64,000 bases of DNA from Desulfatiglandales bacterium. Its GTDB lineage: Bacteria; Desulfobacterota; DSM-4660; Desulfatiglandales; Desulfatiglandaceae. The translations under genes and the position numbers were made by a program. The notes under the pieces are model-generated. The model saw only the letters and a program-made list of their open reading frames with translations, had not been told where the DNA came from and did not search any database. The number at the start of each line of letters is the position of its first letter. Position 1 is the first letter of the stretch. Positions 61,471-64,000 of the stretch are shown piece by piece. The DNA lies in the NCBI GenBank assembly GCA_963666345.1, contig OY762721.1:640001-704000 (forward strand), given 5' to 3'.

Positions 61471-63354
61471 TTATACACCCGGCAGAGGGACAATATCCCT
61501 TTTGATCATTTCCCATTCTCCCGTTGCGGCATCCCACCTGCAATTTGCAAAGCAGTGCCAGTTATCCTCATCCATCTTGGGAGTATCCGACCTGAAGTAG
61601 TAGCCGGGCCACCTTGTCTCCTCGCGGAAAAGCATTGTCCTGACATGGGACTCACCCTGCCACATACGGTGAATGTTCTCCCAGCATCTTTCAAGGTCAT
61701 AAACATCCCTTGCACCCAGTTTTTCAGAGTCCTCTTTAAGATAAACGAACAGTTCCATCGCCCTTTCCAGAAGGGCCTTGCTGGTCTTGAACGCAGAAGT
61801 CACGCCACCTGCATATTCGTCCATGATTTTCTGGAGACGATGCATAAACTGCATCGGCATGATATAGTTGGGATTCACCTCAGGCACGGTGGTTTCCTTG
61901 CAGTGCGACTGGAAAAGATCCATAGGAGCCAGGATCTTGGCCTTCAGTTCTTCCAACTTTGCCGCATCCACACTGGGATCACTTCCCTTTTCAACGATAT
62001 ATTTTATAGCGGATTTTCCTGCGATTCTGCCCTCCGCATGGGAACCTGAAGAGAACTTATGACTGGAGGCGCCTGAGGCGTCGCCGGCAGCAAAAAGTCC
62101 GTCCACAGTGCACATGTTGGCGTATCCCCACTTGTATGGGGTATCTATGTCTTCGGGACCGCTTACCCAAGCGCCGGATGCTCCGGAGTGTGATCCTATG
62201 AAGTAGGGTTCACAGGCTGCGATTTCGGAATGCTTTTCTTCAGGTTTTACATTTTGTGCGGCCCAGAGGTGTGCCTGGGATATCGTCATATCAAGAAAAT
62301 CCTCCCATGCCTCAACCTCCAGCTCTTTCATCTTCTTTTTGAAGGCCTTCGGATCATCCTTGTAGGCATCGGCCAGTTTTCCTATGGCCTCATCGGTCTC
62401 CATATACAGGGGACCAAGGCCGGCATCCGTATCAAGCATACCGAGATAATTTCTCAGATTTGCAGGGATAGGCTTTGCCAGTCCATAGGGAGCCCAGTTA
62501 TTGAGCTCATCCCTTCTTTCTACCATATACTCGCCGCCCTCGGCGCTTATAGCCCTTGATTTAAAGAGCAGGAACCAGGCACCAACGGGGCCGTACGCGT
62601 CCTTGAACCTTACAGGAATAAAACGCACTTCCTGACAGGTCATCTCCGCACCCGCCTTCATCGTGAAATAGGCACTCGAACCTGTGTTGAAGGGAGGATA
62701 CCAGGAACGCCCGAAACCCTCACCGACAGACCTGGGACGGAATACATGAACAGCACCACCTGCTGCTATGACAGTGGCCTTGGCCTTGAAGACATAGAAC
62801 TTTTCTTCACGGGTGCTGAATCCGACCGCTCCCACGCATTTGTTACCATCCATAAGAGGTTCCACAACAAAGATCCTCTCGTAGAGCTCACCGCCTGCAT
62901 CCGCGATAGCGTTCTTTGCAGCCTCTGCAATGATAATCTTATATGACTCACCATTTATCATTAGCTGCCAGCGTCCTTCATGCACATACTTACCCTCTTC
63001 ATCGGTCCATATCTTGAGGCCCCATTTTTCAAAGAGATGCACCGTGGAATCGACGTGTCGTGCGATATTGAACACCAGGTCTTCCCTGGAAACACCCATC
63101 AGGTCCTGACGGACATAGCGGACATAATCCTCGGCGGTATTGTCACCGTCTCTTATTCCGACATACTGATTGATTGCAGAAAGGCCCATCGCCACCGCTC
63201 CGCTCCTGTCGGTTGCGGCCTTGTCTACCATAACGACCTTAAGGCCGTTCTTCTTGGCCCAGTAAGCGGCCTCTGTGGCAGCACCGCATGCAGCGAATCC
63301 ACCGCCTACAATCAGGAGGTCGGTATTAACTACTACTGTCTCATAATTTGCCAT
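61471..63354 (-). CDS. aprA: Dissimilatory adenylylsulfate reductase alpha subunit
   Basis: RSGAVAMGLSAIN, WQLMINGESYK, RFKDAYGPVGAWFL, EAWEDFLDM, HKFSSGSHAEGR and REETRWPGYY motifs. Confidence 0.98.
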   Translation of the reverse strand: MANYETVVVNTDLLIVGGGFAACGAATEAAYWAKKNGLKVVMVDKAATDRSGAVAMGLSAINQYVGIRDGDNTAEDYVRYVRQDLMGVSREDLVFNIARHVDSTVHLFEKWGLKIWTDEEGKYVHEGRWQLMINGESYKIIIAEAAKNAIADAGGELYERIFVVEPLMDGNKCVGAVGFSTREEKFYVFKAKATVIAAGGAVHVFRPRSVGEGFGRSWYPPFNTGSSAYFTMKAGAEMTCQEVRFIPVRFKDAYGPVGAWFLLFKSRAISAEGGEYMVERRDELNNWAPYGLAKPIPANLRNYLGMLDTDAGLGPLYMETDEAIGKLADAYKDDPKAFKKKMKELEVEAWEDFLDMTISQAHLWAAQNVKPEEKHSEIAACEPYFIGSHSGASGAWVSGPEDIDTPYKWGYANMCTVDGLFAAGDASGASSHKFSSGSHAEGRIAGKSAIKYIVEKGSDPSVDAAKLEELKAKILAPMDLFQSHCKETTVPEVNPNYIMPMQFMHRLQKIMDEYAGGVTSAFKTSKALLERAMELFVYLKEDSEKLGARDVYDLERCWENIHRMWQGESHVRTMLFREETRWPGYYFRSDTPKMDEDNWHCFANCRWDAATGEWEMIKRDIVPLPGV

Positions 63355-63373
63355 ATTTTTACCTCCTTCTCAC

Positions 63374-63808
63374 CTATATTGTGGGTACCGCATCAAGTCC
63401 CAGTGACTCAGGTTCGGTTGCCAGGGCCTCAGATTTGAGGTCATCATGAGTGCCATATCCACCCAGAGGATCAGCCGTTCCTTCGGCATTGGTCCTTATG
63501 GGGAACTTAAACCTTTTGATTGAACCATCCCTGAACTTGACCGTCCACATAATATCCTGAGAACCCCGAAGCGGCGTGCAGCTTGCTCCAAGGGGAATAA
63601 AATCGGCATACCCCCTGACATCCATAGCCTGCTGAGGGCAGATCTTAACGCAACACTGACATTCCCAGCACATGGAAGGATCACGGTTATATGCCTTCAT
63701 GGTCTCCGTATCAAGCACCATGAGGTCGTTGGGGCAAATATACATGCATGCGGTCTTGTCCTGCCCCTTACAACCATCGCATTTTTCCACAATAACATAA
63801 CTTGGCAT
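63374..63808 (-). CDS. aprB: Dissimilatory adenylylsulfate reductase beta subunit
   Basis: MPSYV..KCDGCKGQDKTACMYICPNDLM, CWECQCCVKICP and KRFKFPIRT motifs. Confidence 0.98.
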   Translation of the reverse strand: MPSYVIVEKCDGCKGQDKTACMYICPNDLMVLDTETMKAYNRDPSMCWECQCCVKICPQQAMDVRGYADFIPLGASCTPLRGSQDIMWTVKFRDGSIKRFKFPIRTNAEGTADPLGGYGTHDDLKSEALATEPESLGLDAVPTI

Positions 63809-63967
63809 TATAACACCTCCTGGTTTAACATATTAAAAGTATTCAATCTTTCTATCTGGGAAAACTATGAATCCTTGGCACACCTCCTTTCTTTCTTAAT
63901 TTTGCAGGAAAAACAAATAACGATTGTTGTATACAAGCCATTGTTTTTGCTGATTAAAATGTTTTTT

Positions 63968-64000
63968 TTATTTCTTAACTTCACCGGTAGCGGCACCGTG
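63968..64000 (-). CDS. sat: Probable 3' end of sulfate adenylyltransferase (truncated by window edge)
   Basis: Minus strand reads HGAATGEVKK*, resembling my recollection of deltaproteobacterial Sat C-termini. The position upstream of aprB fits, but only 10 codons are visible. Confidence 0.5.
   Translation of the reverse strand, partial: HGAATGEVKK

Noticed and set aside
116..63684. Numerous 60-210 aa ORFs antisense to or overlapping real genes (e.g. 938-1573, 25827-26375, 34538-35086, 37913-38479, 61555-62049)
   Set aside because: Shadow ORFs of conserved genes, with no RBS or recognisable motif.

Overview
This 64-kb window is core chromosome from a sulfate-reducing deltaproteobacterium (Desulfobacterota). 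Its short, Firmicute-type AprA suggests a Desulfatiglans/Syntrophobacter/Desulfarculus-like lineage, which is an inference. Left to right: (1) a 5'-truncated AsmA-family gene, an exported hypothetical protein, gpmI and a rhodanese-fused CoA-disulfide/persulfide reductase. (2) A ~10-kb surface-glycosylation locus (deacetylase-like protein, GNAT, hexapeptide acyltransferase, flippase-like protein, DPM1-like GT2, ArnT/PMT-like GT-C and two head-to-head TMTC-like GT-C+TPR genes) abutting a Thr/Ser-rich, Cys-free type IVa pilin. The pilin has a readable sigma54/IHF/enhancer promoter, and pilR is present without pilS. (3) pyrCB behind an attenuator-like terminator. (4) The contiguous alpha-spc-S10-str-rpoBC-rplKAJL-nusG-secE supercluster, lacking fusA, adk and map, with two apparently identical tuf copies and five tRNAs. 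(5) A MamI-like small membrane protein, ndk, two tandem YkgJ proteins, a frameshifted SEC-C gene and a Zn-finger gene. (6) A probable sat end followed by aprBA-qmoAB-hdrCB, with soluble HdrCB in the position of the membrane subunit QmoC. The best candidates for undescribed biology are the TMTC-like pilin-glycosylation system, the QmoAB-HdrCB module with its small accessory genes, the stand-alone MamI-like gene and the pyrB leader. All calls are by eye, without database searches.
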